A stretch of 64,000 nt of DNA from Malacoraja senta (Eukaryota): the NCBI GenBank assembly GCA_038087875.1, contig JAXLNO010001373.1, forward strand, positions 124,001 to 188,000, in the 5' to 3' direction. The notes under the pieces were generated by a model. It had not been told where the DNA came from. It made no database searches and worked only from the letters and a program-made list of their open reading frames with translations. Each line of letters starts with the position of its first letter. The first letter of the stretch is position 1. The position numbers and the translations under genes were made by a program. Below are positions 35,387 to 47,204 of this stretch, in pieces.

Positions 35387-37393
35387 ATGAGGGTCTACGT
35401 GGCATTAATATGTGTGACGACCACAGTAGGGTTAATCGGTTTCGGTTGAAAATGGACAAAGCCTGAATACGGATGGAACAAACGAGAAAAGAAAGGGGAA
35501 CGAGAAAACTCCAATCTATTTATTCAGGCACACAACGAGCTATTTGGGAAGGGGCAGGTGGTTTGTTATTCACGAATGACATCAGTTACCTCCCTGTTTA
35601 CCCCATCCCCTGCATGGGGCAGAACTGAACGACTGGTGAAGTGCCAGGACAAAAAACCGATCCCTGTCAAACCCGTTATCATCAGCTATGATAGGCTTCT
35701 CGCTCCACCGGCCAACTGCTTACCGCTCCCTAAGAACAATAACCACTCCTACGACATTTGCTATCATGGATCTAGGACGGCATCAAGAGCACCGGCTAGG
35801 CCATGTAACTTCACCACCAATAATGACAACAGGCAATATGAAAATTGTTTTAGTAACCAAGGACACGGGTGTATAGTCACAAATGTTAAAAAATAACCTC
35901 ACTTGCGCTCTGCAAGGGCCCGTTCACGGCTCCGCATGTAACCTTACCTATAAAGGAGTCCAATGTTAGGTGTCTAAGGACTGTATCCCTGTAAATGCTG
36001 GATTTCAGCTGTTGTGTGGATGGGCTAACGGGACCCATCTGACGGTAGGATCCCATCACCTGCCAATCCCCAGTTATAGCAATGGGATCGGTGAAGCATG
36101 GAGGGACTGGTCTGGAGGGGGAGAAGTCATTAATACCCGAAGGGGCTGTAATGGATCATTATATACGGAGGAAGGATATTACTTCTTCTTTAATGGGAAA
36201 GGAACCAATGTCCTAAAACCCCCTTTCCCCAAGAACGTGGCAGCTGGAGCATTGGTGCCAACCACGGTACCTTGTCCTGAGCAATGGACTAAACCCATGG
36301 CTCGGGTTCATCGAAGGGCGGTGTCGGCCGAGTTTTGCGCGCAATGGAAAAATCCAGGGATCAGGGGAACTACCCACGGACATTCCATCGGATGGGGATT
36401 ATTAAGCATGCTAACCATGGTAGGAGTGGGTGGAGGTGAAGCAGCCAAAAACCAAAATTACCTTGTTTGCGGCCCGACAATTCTGGGCAATGCAACAACC
36501 GGAGCCTTGGAGGCAGTAAAAACCCAGATGTCCGAAATGAGAATGTTTTCCCTACAAAATAGATATGCGCTCGATTAATAATAATAATAATGGATGGGAT
36601 TTATATAGCGCCTTTCTAATACTCAAGGCGCTTTACATCGCATTATTCATTCACTCCTCAGTCACACTCGGTGGTGGTGAGCTACTTCTGTAGCCACAGC
36701 TGCCCTGGGGCAGACTGACGGAAGCGTGGCTGCTAATCTGCGCCTACGGCCCCTCCGACCACCACCAATCACTCACACACATTCACACACATTCACACGC
36801 AGGCAAAGGTGGGTGAAGTGTCTTGCCCAAGGACACAACGACAGTATGCACTCCAAGCGGGATTCGAACTGGCTACCTTCCGGTTGCCAGCCGATTACTT
36901 ATTGGCTAGAGAAGGAGGGACCTGTACCATCATAAAAGGGAAATGTATGATGGGGGTTCAAGACAGGACTAGCAACATCACCCAACATCAGAAAGAGATT
37001 ACCACCTTTTTGGATGGAATGAATGAAAACCAGGGATAGGGGAATTGGGGATTTGGGGGATTATATAACTGGATTATCAGCATGGCCATCTATGCTGCTA
37101 TAGTAGTTACTTGCTTATTTGTGGGAATTGCCATTGTGAAATGTATCACAGCCTGATTACTGGCGGCTTTATCGGGTTTGGGGACCACCCTCGAGGAAGC
37201 TAAAAATTCTGTACGAATGATGATATTACAGCGTGAGCAGGAGAGACTGTTACCATTCCGCAACGACAGCGAAGACGATGAAGTGAGTGAGGAAGGAGAA
37301 TTGAAGGAAAAGGGCCGGACGGTCCAAGAGGCCATGGCCAGGGAACTAGAAAGTTACGAGATTCGGCGAATGGGACTTTTTAATGGACTATGA
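35387..37393 (+). pseudogene. env: ERV env (stops, frameshifts, SINE insertion)
   Basis: Signal peptide MRVYVALICV, furin-like RVHRR, fusion peptide, ISD LQNRYALDYLLAREGG, CTIIKGKC, TM IYAAIVVTCLFVGIAIV. Splice acceptor near 35342. Confidence 0.85.
36578..36892 (-). mobile_element. 5'-truncated tRNA-derived SINE inserted in env
   Basis: B box GTTCGAATCC, (ATT)n tail, TSD CGATTA. Confidence 0.8.
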
Positions 37394-38239
37394 GTGTTGC
37401 CATAAGAATGGCAAAAGGGGGGAATGTGAATGTAAATCTTGAATAAACGCTGTAAGATTGTTCTGGGAAGGTAAAATGGTTTGGCCAGGTGGACTGGATT
37501 AAAACATAAAATGTCTGCTGACCAAAGTTGCTGAATATGTAACTGCAGGTTTCAGGAAGTTGTGGTCAGGAGAAATACACATTGTCCTGCTGTTACTGCA
37601 TATTCGCGACTATGGTATTAACCACCCCCGTCTGACTGAGATGGCTGGCTCTCAGAAGTCTGAGGAATATACAAACCGCCACGCACAGAAGTCTGAGGAA
37701 TGTACCTGTCTTATCTCTAGTATTGTTCCACTAAATAACATCTCCCAATATGTACGTGCCTGTTATCCTGACCATTGCGTATGTGTCTGTTGCTTTGTTT
37801 GGGTAATGTGGGAGGCATAAACCGTAGCATTAAAGTACATAAGGCATTACGAATAAAGGCATAGAGCTTGACTCTTTGCTTGGTTGCTAACCTGTGTAAA
37901 GACTCCTGCTGAATAAACGTACGTTTAAACGAACCCAGGTGTCCGGTCGATTATTGTCGAAACAACCGATGTAAGAGGAAATCGAGAGATTCACAATGCC
38001 AGGTCCCCATTGTTCTTTGCAACAGCCCTCACTTTCCTTGGCTCCTACTCTTTCCCTGGTTACCCTCTTACTCTAATACAGTTGTTCAATCCTTGGGATT
38101 CTTCTTAATTTTGACTGTCAGTGATATTTTTGTTGTCCCTTTCCTCGCCTAATTTCTTTTAAAAGTAGTATTTTGCTCTCTTTATATGCAAGTGTCTCTC
38201 CTGTTTTCATTTGCCTATGCCTGCCAAATGCTTCCCTTT

Positions 38240-38570
38240 ACTTCATCAAATGTAGGTGCCACGTTGGTGCATGAAGACTGCTGCCTCAGAGCCAGAGACC
38301 CGGCTTCAATCCCGATCTCAGGTGCTGTCTGTGTGGCGTTTGCATGTTCTCCCTGTGTGACCACATGGGTTTCCACCAGGTGCACCGGTCTCCTCCCACA
38401 TCCCAAAGACGTGCGAGTTTGTAGGTTAGTTGGCCTCTGTAAATTGCCTCTATTATGTAGGGAGTTGATGAGAAGTGGGATAACATTGAACTACTGTGAA
38501 CGGGTAATCAATGGTCAGCATAGGCTCCGTGTTCCAAAGTGCCTAAGAACGTTAGCTCTGAAACTGCACA
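38240..38570 (+). mobile_element. V-SINE-like element
   Basis: gtctgtgtggcgtttgcatgttctccctgtgtgacc..gggtttcc core. Confidence 0.7.
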
Positions 38571-38579
38571 AATCTCACT

Positions 38580-40070
38580 ATTAGAAGACTCCCAGTATTT
38601 GTATGTTGTTCTACCTACAACCACATGCTCCCAATCTACTTCCACCAGGTGCTGCCTTATTGAAATTGGGCTTCCCCAATTTAGGACCTTGACCTTCGCA
38701 GCAATTTTGTCCCCTTCCATAACAGCCTTGAAACTGAAAGCAAAATGACACCAATCTCCTAAATGATCCATTGATAAAAAGCAAAATCCTTGGAAGAACG
38801 CAGCCTGTCAGGCAGCATCTGTGGACCAGTCTGGACCCCAAACCTCAACTGTGCATTTCCCTTACAAGTGGTTGATTGATCTGCCGAGATCCCCCTACAT
38901 TTTGTTTATTGCTCCACATTGAAGTATCTGCCATCTCTTGTGTCTCCATGCTCCAGGGACACGGCTACCATTAGCCCAGCCTTATTTCCCAAGATTAGGT
39001 CCAGTACAGCTAATAGGACTTTGGCTGCACTCTCCCGGGTTCACTTTACTAATTCTTCCCCATTTAAACCCTTTGCACTAATGCACTCTCAGTCAATATT
39101 GGAGAAGTATAAATCGCCCACCATTATAAGCCTATTGCTCTTGTATTGGATGTGGACCATTGGCAAAGATTGATCTGCAGTACAATTCTGCTCCTTTTGG
39201 GGAGATATGTAGGGAGGATGCAGTTGTAAGAAAAACAGGGTGTAACAGCAAGAACTTTCAACTTCTTTCACATTGACTAGTGCTGTCATAATGCAAAGGG
39301 CTTGGAAGGGATATAAATTGCTAACTGTGTCCAGGGAAGTTTTCTCAAACAATACGTAGATGCCCCTATGAGAGAGAGGTCAACATTAGATCGCTTATTG
39401 AGAAATGAGGCAGGACAAGTGACTGAAGTGTCAGTGGGGGAGGGCAGTTTGGGAGAATGACCATAATTCCATCATGTTTTTAAATAGTTATGGGAAAAGA
39501 TAGGACTGGTCCACAAGTCAAAATCCTAAATTGGGGCAAGGCTAGTTCTGAAGCTCTGAGGAGGGATATTGGGACTCTGATCAGGAGAAAGGCACATGTC
39601 AGCTGGGATCACTCAAATCCCTTAAGCAGTATAGAAGACGTAGGAATACACTTTAGAGTGAAATCAGGAGGACACAAAGATGACAGGACATAGATCTGGC
39701 AGATGAGATAAAGGGGAAACTTGAGAGATTCTACAAGTAAACTAAAAAAGAGTAATTAGGGAAAGAATAGTTGTCCATAAGGATCAATGTGATTGTCTTA
39801 CATGTGGAGCCACAGGCAATGGGTGAGGTAATAAAGGAATATTTCTTATTGATATTTACTATGGGGAAAGCTATAGACACTGGGGAATTAAGGGAAATGA
39901 ATGGTGAATCCAGGAACATATCTACATTACAAAGTGGAGGTGTTTGCAGTCTTAAAGCTTATTGAAGTGAATAAAGCCCTGGAGTCTGATCAAATGTATC
40001 CTTGGACCGTGGAAAGATATGGAAGAAATTGCTGGGCCAATGGCAGAGATATTTAGCACATAGAACATAG
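38580..40070. mobile_element. Old CR1 fragments in both orientations
   Basis: VKVLNWG(K) and related CR1 ORF2 pieces, heavily decayed. Confidence 0.6.
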
Positions 40071-40074
40071 TGTG

Positions 40075-40320
40075 TGCAGACGGGGCATCGAAGGACGAGA
40101 AGCCGAAGCAAAGAAGTGGAAATGACGCCGAAAAGCCAGATAACCGAACGGATATGATGCCAAAAAACCAAATAACCGAACGGACACAACGCTGAAAAGC
40201 CAAATAACAGAACGGACGCGACGCCGAAAAACCAAATAACCTACTGGACTCGACGCCGAAAACCCAAATACCCGAACGGGGGCAATGCCGGAAAGCCAAA
40301 TACGCGACGCCGATAACGTT
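40075..40320. repeat. Imperfect tandem repeat (gccgaaaagccaaataaccgaacgg-like)
   Basis: About five imperfect copies, CpG-rich. Confidence 0.75.
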
Positions 40321-40329
40321 TAATTTTCA

Positions 40330-42040
40330 TTTGCCGCTTTTGGACAATCAAAGATCATAGAATAAACTACATAAGAATATTCAGTATTGGAAAACACTTC
40401 CCATTTCAATGTCTGGTAGAATTAATGCTATAAAAATGATTTTTTTTACTGCAATTACTGTACCTATTTCAATCAATTCTGACATATATCCCCAATTTTT
40501 TTTTTAAAGTCAATTCCATTGTTATAAGTTTCATCTGGGATTATAAGAATCATAGAATAAGCAAAAAACATTTATGTAAATCAAAGATAAATGGAGGTTT
40601 AGCTTTGCCAAATTTTTTGTTTTATTTTTGGGCAGTTCATATTAAAAACATGAATTTCTGGCTGGAAGAAATGGATGAGCAACCAGATTGGCTAAGGATG
40701 GAAAAGGAAGACTGTTTGCCTTTTGAAATTGGTGCGATTATGTTTTCTCCCACAAAATTGCACACAAAAAAATTATTGGGAAAACCCTATAATACATAGT
40801 GGTATACTATTAAAATTGGATAATATATCACTTTATTCTCCCATTGTAAACAATCCTTTATTCAAACCTTCCATATTGGATAAAGGTTTCACACAATGGA
40901 AAAATTATGGAAATAAAAAGATGGGACATCTTTATAGGAAAGGCACTTTTCTTTCATTTCAGGAGTTACAACAGATCTACGGACTACACTCAAATAATTT
41001 TTTCAGATATCTACAACTTAGAGATTATGTTAAATCCAATACACAAAATTATAGGACTAGGTAACCAGAAATCCTTGACGAATATTTGAATAAACATCCT
41101 AATACAGAAAAATTAATGACTTATATTTATAACACACTCTTAGATAATGAGGTCCCATCGATGGAATCATATAGACACACATGGGAAAATGAATTAGGCC
41201 AACCTATAACGAAAGATATTTGGGACGAAAGTCTACAATATATACATCAATGCTCGTTAAATGCCAGACATGCTTTAATACAATTTAAAGTATTACACAG
41301 ATTACATTATTCGAAAGCAAAACTAAATAGAATTTTCCCACATATCTCTCCTATTTGTGATAAATGTCAGCATCTAGAGGCTAACTTAACACATACTTTT
41401 GCAAATTGTATAAAAATTAAAAATTTCTGGATAGATATTTTTAGAATAATTTCTGAAATTGTCAATACTAAATTGGATCCCGACCCAAAACTAATAATAC
41501 TTGGAATATCAGAACAAAGTCTAACACTCACAACAAGCCAAAGAAACTTCCTAGACTACAGTATAATAACTGGGGAAAAATTCATATTAAAATTTTGGAA
41601 AGGTCCTATAACCCCCATAATTAAAATGTGGATTATGGAAATGTCGGAGACCCTACACCTGGAAAGAATCAGACTTGTCTTAATGGACAAACAAGAACAT
41701 TTTGTTAGAATATGGTCTCCATTCATTGACTATTTGAAGGGGTAGATAAGTTCGGCACGGGAACCTAATTGAAGCTTGAACTTAGGATTAGATGCAAAGT
41801 CATACTTTATAACCTACGAACCTATCTCCAATGATGTATTATGAGTAAATTATTCCACTCTTTTTTTTTAATCTTGACATTTGTGTTATTTTTTCTCTCT
41901 TTCTTTCTTACTTTCTATCTATAAAAAAAAAGTTGACGCAGAATCAATCCACAATTGATAATATTAATGATGTATGATTGATATACATGAACCATAATAT
42001 GTTATTTGCTTCTAATAAAAAATATAATTGAAAATAAAAT
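40330..42040 (+). mobile_element. 5'-truncated L1 (ORF2 3' part)
   Basis: GRINAIKM, GGLALPNF, QFKVLHRLHYS and CDKC motifs, A-rich tail. Confidence 0.9.
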
Positions 42041-42183
42041 AAAAAGATCTCTCTCTCTCTCTCTCTCCACGTTCACGTTTTTTTCATGTTTCAGATGTGG
42101 TAGAGAGAGGTAAATGCATTGGAGGAGTTGCACTATTAACTGATGGTTAGGCAGTGGATGTTGTAGACATGGATTTTTAGTAA

Positions 42184-42741
42184 AGGGCCTGTCCCACGGG
42201 CATGCAACTCCATGCGGCAAGCGCGACCTAACCGGAAGCGGGGGCCGCGCGGAGGTCGCGGGGCCGGTCCCACTTCGATCGCCGGAGCCATATGGAGCTG
42301 GTCCCGACATCGCCCGGGGCTCCGAAAAACTGACACTGTTCATAAATTCCGCGCGGCAACGGCCTGCCACCCCGCAGCCGTATCGAGGCCGTGCGCACAG
42401 CCTCAATGCCGTACGCAGCCGCATCGAGGCCGTGCGCACCGCCTCGACGGCCGTGCGCTCCGCCTCGACGCCGTACGCAGCCGCCTCGAGGCCGTGCGCA
42501 CAGCCTCAATGCCGTACGCAGCCGCATCGAGGCCGTGCGCACCGCCTCGACGCCGTACGCACCGTCTTGACGTCACTCGACCTTCGCACAGCCCCCGCTT
42601 CCGGTATGGTGGCGCTCGCCGCATGCAGCCGCATGTTCGTGGGCCAGGCCCTGTACGGGGATCACTCAACCTCCGCGTGGCCCCCGCTTCCGGTTAGGTC
42701 ACGCTTGCCGCATGGAGTCGCATGCCCGTGGGACAGGCCCT
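42184..42741. mobile_element. PIF/Harbinger-type MITE
   Basis: About 60-bp TIRs beginning AGGGCCTGTCCCAC, TSD TAA, internal GC-rich tandem repeats. It interrupts a CR1 DFSKAFDK motif. Confidence 0.9.
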
Positions 42742-42909
42742 TAAGGCTTTTGATAAGTTCTCTCATGGTAAGCTGATCCAGAAATGTAAGATGTCTGGAA
42801 TTCACGATGACTTGGTCATATGCATTCAGAAATGGCTTATTCAAAGAAGACAAAGGGGTGTGGAAGGAAGATATTCCGGCTGGACGTCTGTGACTAGTGG
42901 GAATCTGCT

Positions 42910-45240
42910 TTTCTTTTTTCTTTTTCTTTTTTCATTTTAAATAAATCAACACAAAAAAAGAAATGGGACATGTTAATAAGAATCACTCAAATAATACACA
43001 AAAGAAAAAAAACAAAAATATACAGAAACATAAAAGAAATAGAAAAATATACATATATATATAATGCAACCATACCATCAATCACACACCCCACCCTGGC
43101 TAATTAAGAGTGAAGAGTGCACTTACACATAACAACATTTAACAAACCAGCCCTTAGTCTGGCAGAACCTGCAAGTCTGTAAAGTATGATAAAAATAGGT
43201 TGCCATTTGTGAAACTAAATTATCATTACATCCACTCAATGTATATTTAATTTTCGCAAGTTTAAGAGAAAACACTGCATCTTTGAGCCACTGTGACACA
43301 GAGGGTGGGTTAGGAGATTTCCACTGTAGGAGTAGGCGACGTCTGGCTATTAAAGATGTAAAATTAATAATTTATTTTTGCACAGAGTTTAATCGAACTG
43401 ACTCATCCGGGGCCCCAAAGATGGCAATCAATGGACAGGGCTGTAGAGATATTCCCATTACGGTAGACATTATATTAAAATAGCCAGAACCAAAATTATG
43501 TCATCGTGGACAAAGGAAAAACATGGCTCAGATGACAGTAGGCCCGAACATCTATCACATTTATCCTCCACCTCTGGATAAATCCCAGACAGTCTTGATT
43601 TAGAAAAATGGACCCTGTGTATAACCTTAAACTGAATGAGTGCAAGACGGGCGCAAGACATGACAGTACATAGCCCACCCACAACGTTATCCCACCACTC
43701 CTCAGTAAGTTGAAGTCCCAGCTCTTCCTCCCAAGCAGCCCTTGTTTTAGAGTTGGACTGATCGTAAAGATCCAGAATGCGGTTATACATCTCTGAAACA
43801 ATCCCTTTGTTGTCTTGAAAGTAAACAAACAATCCCATATTTGTCGTGGAGGTGAAGAGGGAAAATTAGAAAAACATTTAGAAACAAAGTGTCTAACTTG
43901 GAAGTACCTAAAAAATGGATTTGCTGGTAAACCATACAATGATGATAAATTGGTAAAGCTGTTAAATATACCATCTGAAAACAGATCAAGAAAACATTGT
44001 ATACCTTTGTTATGCCATACCGATAAAAACGGAATCCAAATGTGAGGGAGGAAACAGGTGATTGTTACATAATGGACCTAAAGCAGATGCAGCTACAAAT
44101 TTGAAATGTTTCCTGAATTGATGCCAAATCTTTAAAGTATTGAGCACAACAGGATTTTTGATAAACAATTAAATCTTAGTTGGAAGAGAGAAATATACAA
44201 GAGCAGATATAGAGGATGAAGGAGGGCAAGAGCAGGCTTCCAGTTCGCACCAAGCTAAATAAGGAAAATCAACCCAACAATGTATTTTATGAATGTGTGT
44301 AGCCCTGTAGTAGATTTGAAAGTTCGGTAAAGCGAGACCACCACTGAACTTACATGGTTGGAGTAGTGATTTACGGACCCTCGGGGGCTTCGCATCCCAA
44401 ATAAAAGAGCTAATAATTTTGTCTAAGGAGTCAAAAAACTGTTTTGGTAAGAATAAGGGAATTGATTGAAACAAATAAAGAAATGTAGGCAAAACATTCA
44501 TTTTAATAACATTAATCTTCCCAATTAAAGAGAGAGGCAGATTATTCCATCTCTGAAAATCAGATTTCACTTTAGTCATGAGCAGGGTAAAGTTAGCAGA
44601 CAAAAGACCTGAGAATGTACGCGTCACATTGATGCCAAGATACATGAATCCAGAACGAGTGATTTTAAAGGGCAAATCAGCTTCGTGAAGTTGCAAACCT
44701 GCTGCGTTAATGGGGTAACATTCACTTTTTTGAAGATTTAGTTTATATCCTGAAAAAGAACGAAAACTATACAGAATAGATAGAATACCCGGAAGACAAG
44801 ATGCAGGATCAGTGACATACAGCAACAAATCATCCGCATGCAGAGATAAACGAAATTCGACACTGTTACGAATAACACCTTTATGGGCCGTGGAGGACCT
44901 TAAAGAAATGGCCAGTGGTTCAATAGCCAAAGCGAAGAGAAATGGAGATAAAGGACAGCTCTGACGTGTCCCATGTTCTAATGCAAAGTATTCAGAACGA
45001 ATATCATTTGTTTGAACACTAGCTTGTGGCGATGCATACAGTAATCTTACCCAACTGATAAATTTATCTCCAAAACCAAATTTCTTCAATACCAAATAGG
45101 TACCCCCACTCAACCCTATCGAATGCCTTCTCAGCATCTAATGAGATTACAATCTCAGGTAAATTATCAGAATGTGTTGAATGAATAATATTTAAAAGAG
45201 TACGAGTGTTATTCTAAGCCAATGTCCTTTGCCACAATTG
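42910..45240 (-). mobile_element. L1/Tx1-clade LINE fragment
   Basis: ORF 44169-45137 has CPLSP, LHADDLLL, GYKLN and GGLALPNF. Confidence 0.85.
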
Positions 45241-46254
45241 CTCTGTGGGAAAACCCTCATTAACAATGTGGAACTGACAGGTGGGAAATGAGGACAAGGG
45301 GAACCCTATCCTTGTTCTGGGTGGGATTGAGAGCAGAAATGTGAGACTTGGTACATGAACAGTTGAGACTCTTGTCAGCTATCACAGTCTTTTTCACAGA
45401 CTTAGGGGAAGGAGATAGAGAGCTCAGTAATATGGCTTGAAGACGACAACTTCTCCCTCATTGTCAGTGATGATGATGATGAAACATTTGTGGATATTGC
45501 CTCCATTTAATTTGCAGGAAGGATTTCATTAGGTTCCAAAAATGTGAGCACACAAAATATGAGGTAACTTTGTAAAATAAGAGACAGAGAGGTTCCATGA
45601 TTTGTTGAGTGTGTCAAATGGCAATCCTTGGTAATCCTGAGGGACCTGCACTTTTAACCAGATGGGAGAATTCAGAGTTATATATAAAAGCAAAATCAGA
45701 TCTGACGGAAAATCCTGGAAGCATTTAGCGGGTCAGACAGCAAAGTGGCGAGTGAAACTCAGTTCATAGTTTAGACAGCGACCGGATGATGTTCACACTT
45801 GTTCACATGATGTTCCATGTTTACAGACACGACTGAATTAGGAAGCAGAGGATGTCATGCAAATTACAATGATACAGGCAGAGGCATTGTATGGCCCGCT
45901 ATGGAAGATGGAATTTATTGTGGGAAAATATGTCGACATATATTTTAGATTCATCAATATCAAACCACTCTATCTTCTTAATGCATGTCATCACAAGGCT
46001 ATTTTTTGAACATCGTTTGGTGTTATATGTAAATTAATTATTCATGTATCCCAATCTATCATTCCTGCCAGAGTTGCCTTTACTCACCAGACTTTAAACA
46101 ATAGTCTTATCTTTTCAGGATCTTCCAGTGTCCAGTTGCTCTCTAATGCCAATCCCAAAGGAGTGGTGGTGTGCTCTGATCCAGAATGCCTAGAAGGAGC
46201 TAACCAAGTTGGCCCTGCCCAAAATCTATCACTTCACTGTGTATAGGAAGGAAT

Positions 46255-46700
46255 TGTAGAATCTGGTTTACACCGAAGGTAGACACAAAATGCTGGAGTA
46301 ACTCACCAACTCTGGAGAAAAGGAATAGGTGACATTTCAGGTTGAGACCCTTCTTCAGAGCCACAGAGGAGTAGCATCGAGAAAGGGTGTTGCAGAACTC
46401 CCATCAGAGGAGAACCTCTTTGAAATAGGCATACCGTGAGGAGATTTCACAGTGGAACAGACAAAGAGTGTTGGAAGGAACTGCAGATGCTGATTTACAC
46501 TGAAGAGACACAAAATGTTGTGGTAATCAGCAAGTCAGAAGCATCTCTGGAGAAAAGGAACAGATGTCATTTTGGGTCGAGACCCTTCTTCAGACACGAA
46601 GAAGGTCTGAAGTTGGTCTGAAGAAGGACCTCGACCTGAAATGACACCGATCCTTTTCTCCAGAGATGCTGCCTGACCCACTGAGTTACTCCAGCATGTT
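46255..46700. repeat. Cluster of Penelope-like terminal repeats (three degenerate hammerhead motifs)
   Basis: ctgaagaaggg..gaaa motifs at about 46328-46362 (-), 46562-46597 (-) and 46615-46650 (+). Confidence 0.6.
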
Positions 46701-47204
46701 GTGTCCGTCTATCACTTCACACTTCTCTGGATTGAATTCCACATGCCACCCAATCAATGGACAATCCAGTGCTGCCCTCCAGTGGCTGCAAACATTCTTC
46801 TTCACTTTCAGTAACTGCCAATTTTTTTATATTTTTAACTGCAAGCTTCATAAATTTTGTATTTTATGTTAAAATCAAAATAATCTGTATTACTAAAACT
46901 AACATCTTGACCACTTTCTGACTTTCTGTTTCGTGATTTCTGAAAGAATGCCGCCACTTGCGGCCGTGATGTTTGGCCTCCTCGCTCAGAGTCCCCCTCC
47001 GCTGTGCTGGACCAGAGGATGTTTCCCATCGATTAAAAATCAAAGATACTCTGCTGCCCCTGCTGGTGGCAGGGGGGAGGGACTATAAAACTCAGAAGTG
47101 TCGTGCCTCACTCAGTCTCTGCGAGATGGAGGAAGCGAGAGGGTCATGGCTCCCTGAGCTGTGAATAACACTGAACGCATGTCTACTCAACGGTGGGTCC
47201 CCTT

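Larger units (their letters stand above)
32117..37995 (+). mobile_element. Defective endogenous retrovirus (epsilon/gamma-like) with gag, pol and env remnants
   Basis: 571-bp LTRs at 32117-32687 and 37425-37995 (TGTGAA..TTCACA), 4-bp TSD ATGC, PBS, and PPT aaaaggggggaa. Confidence 0.95.

Noticed and set aside
40330-40560. Suspected twin-priming inversion at the 5' end of the truncated L1
   Set aside because: Translation shows the segment is on the same strand and colinear with the rest of ORF2.
45385-46245. Plus-strand acceptor-like sites with short open frames (DLGEGDRELSNMA, SSSVQLLSNANPKG)
   Set aside because: No recognisable domain, no convincing donors and early stops; not supportable as exons.
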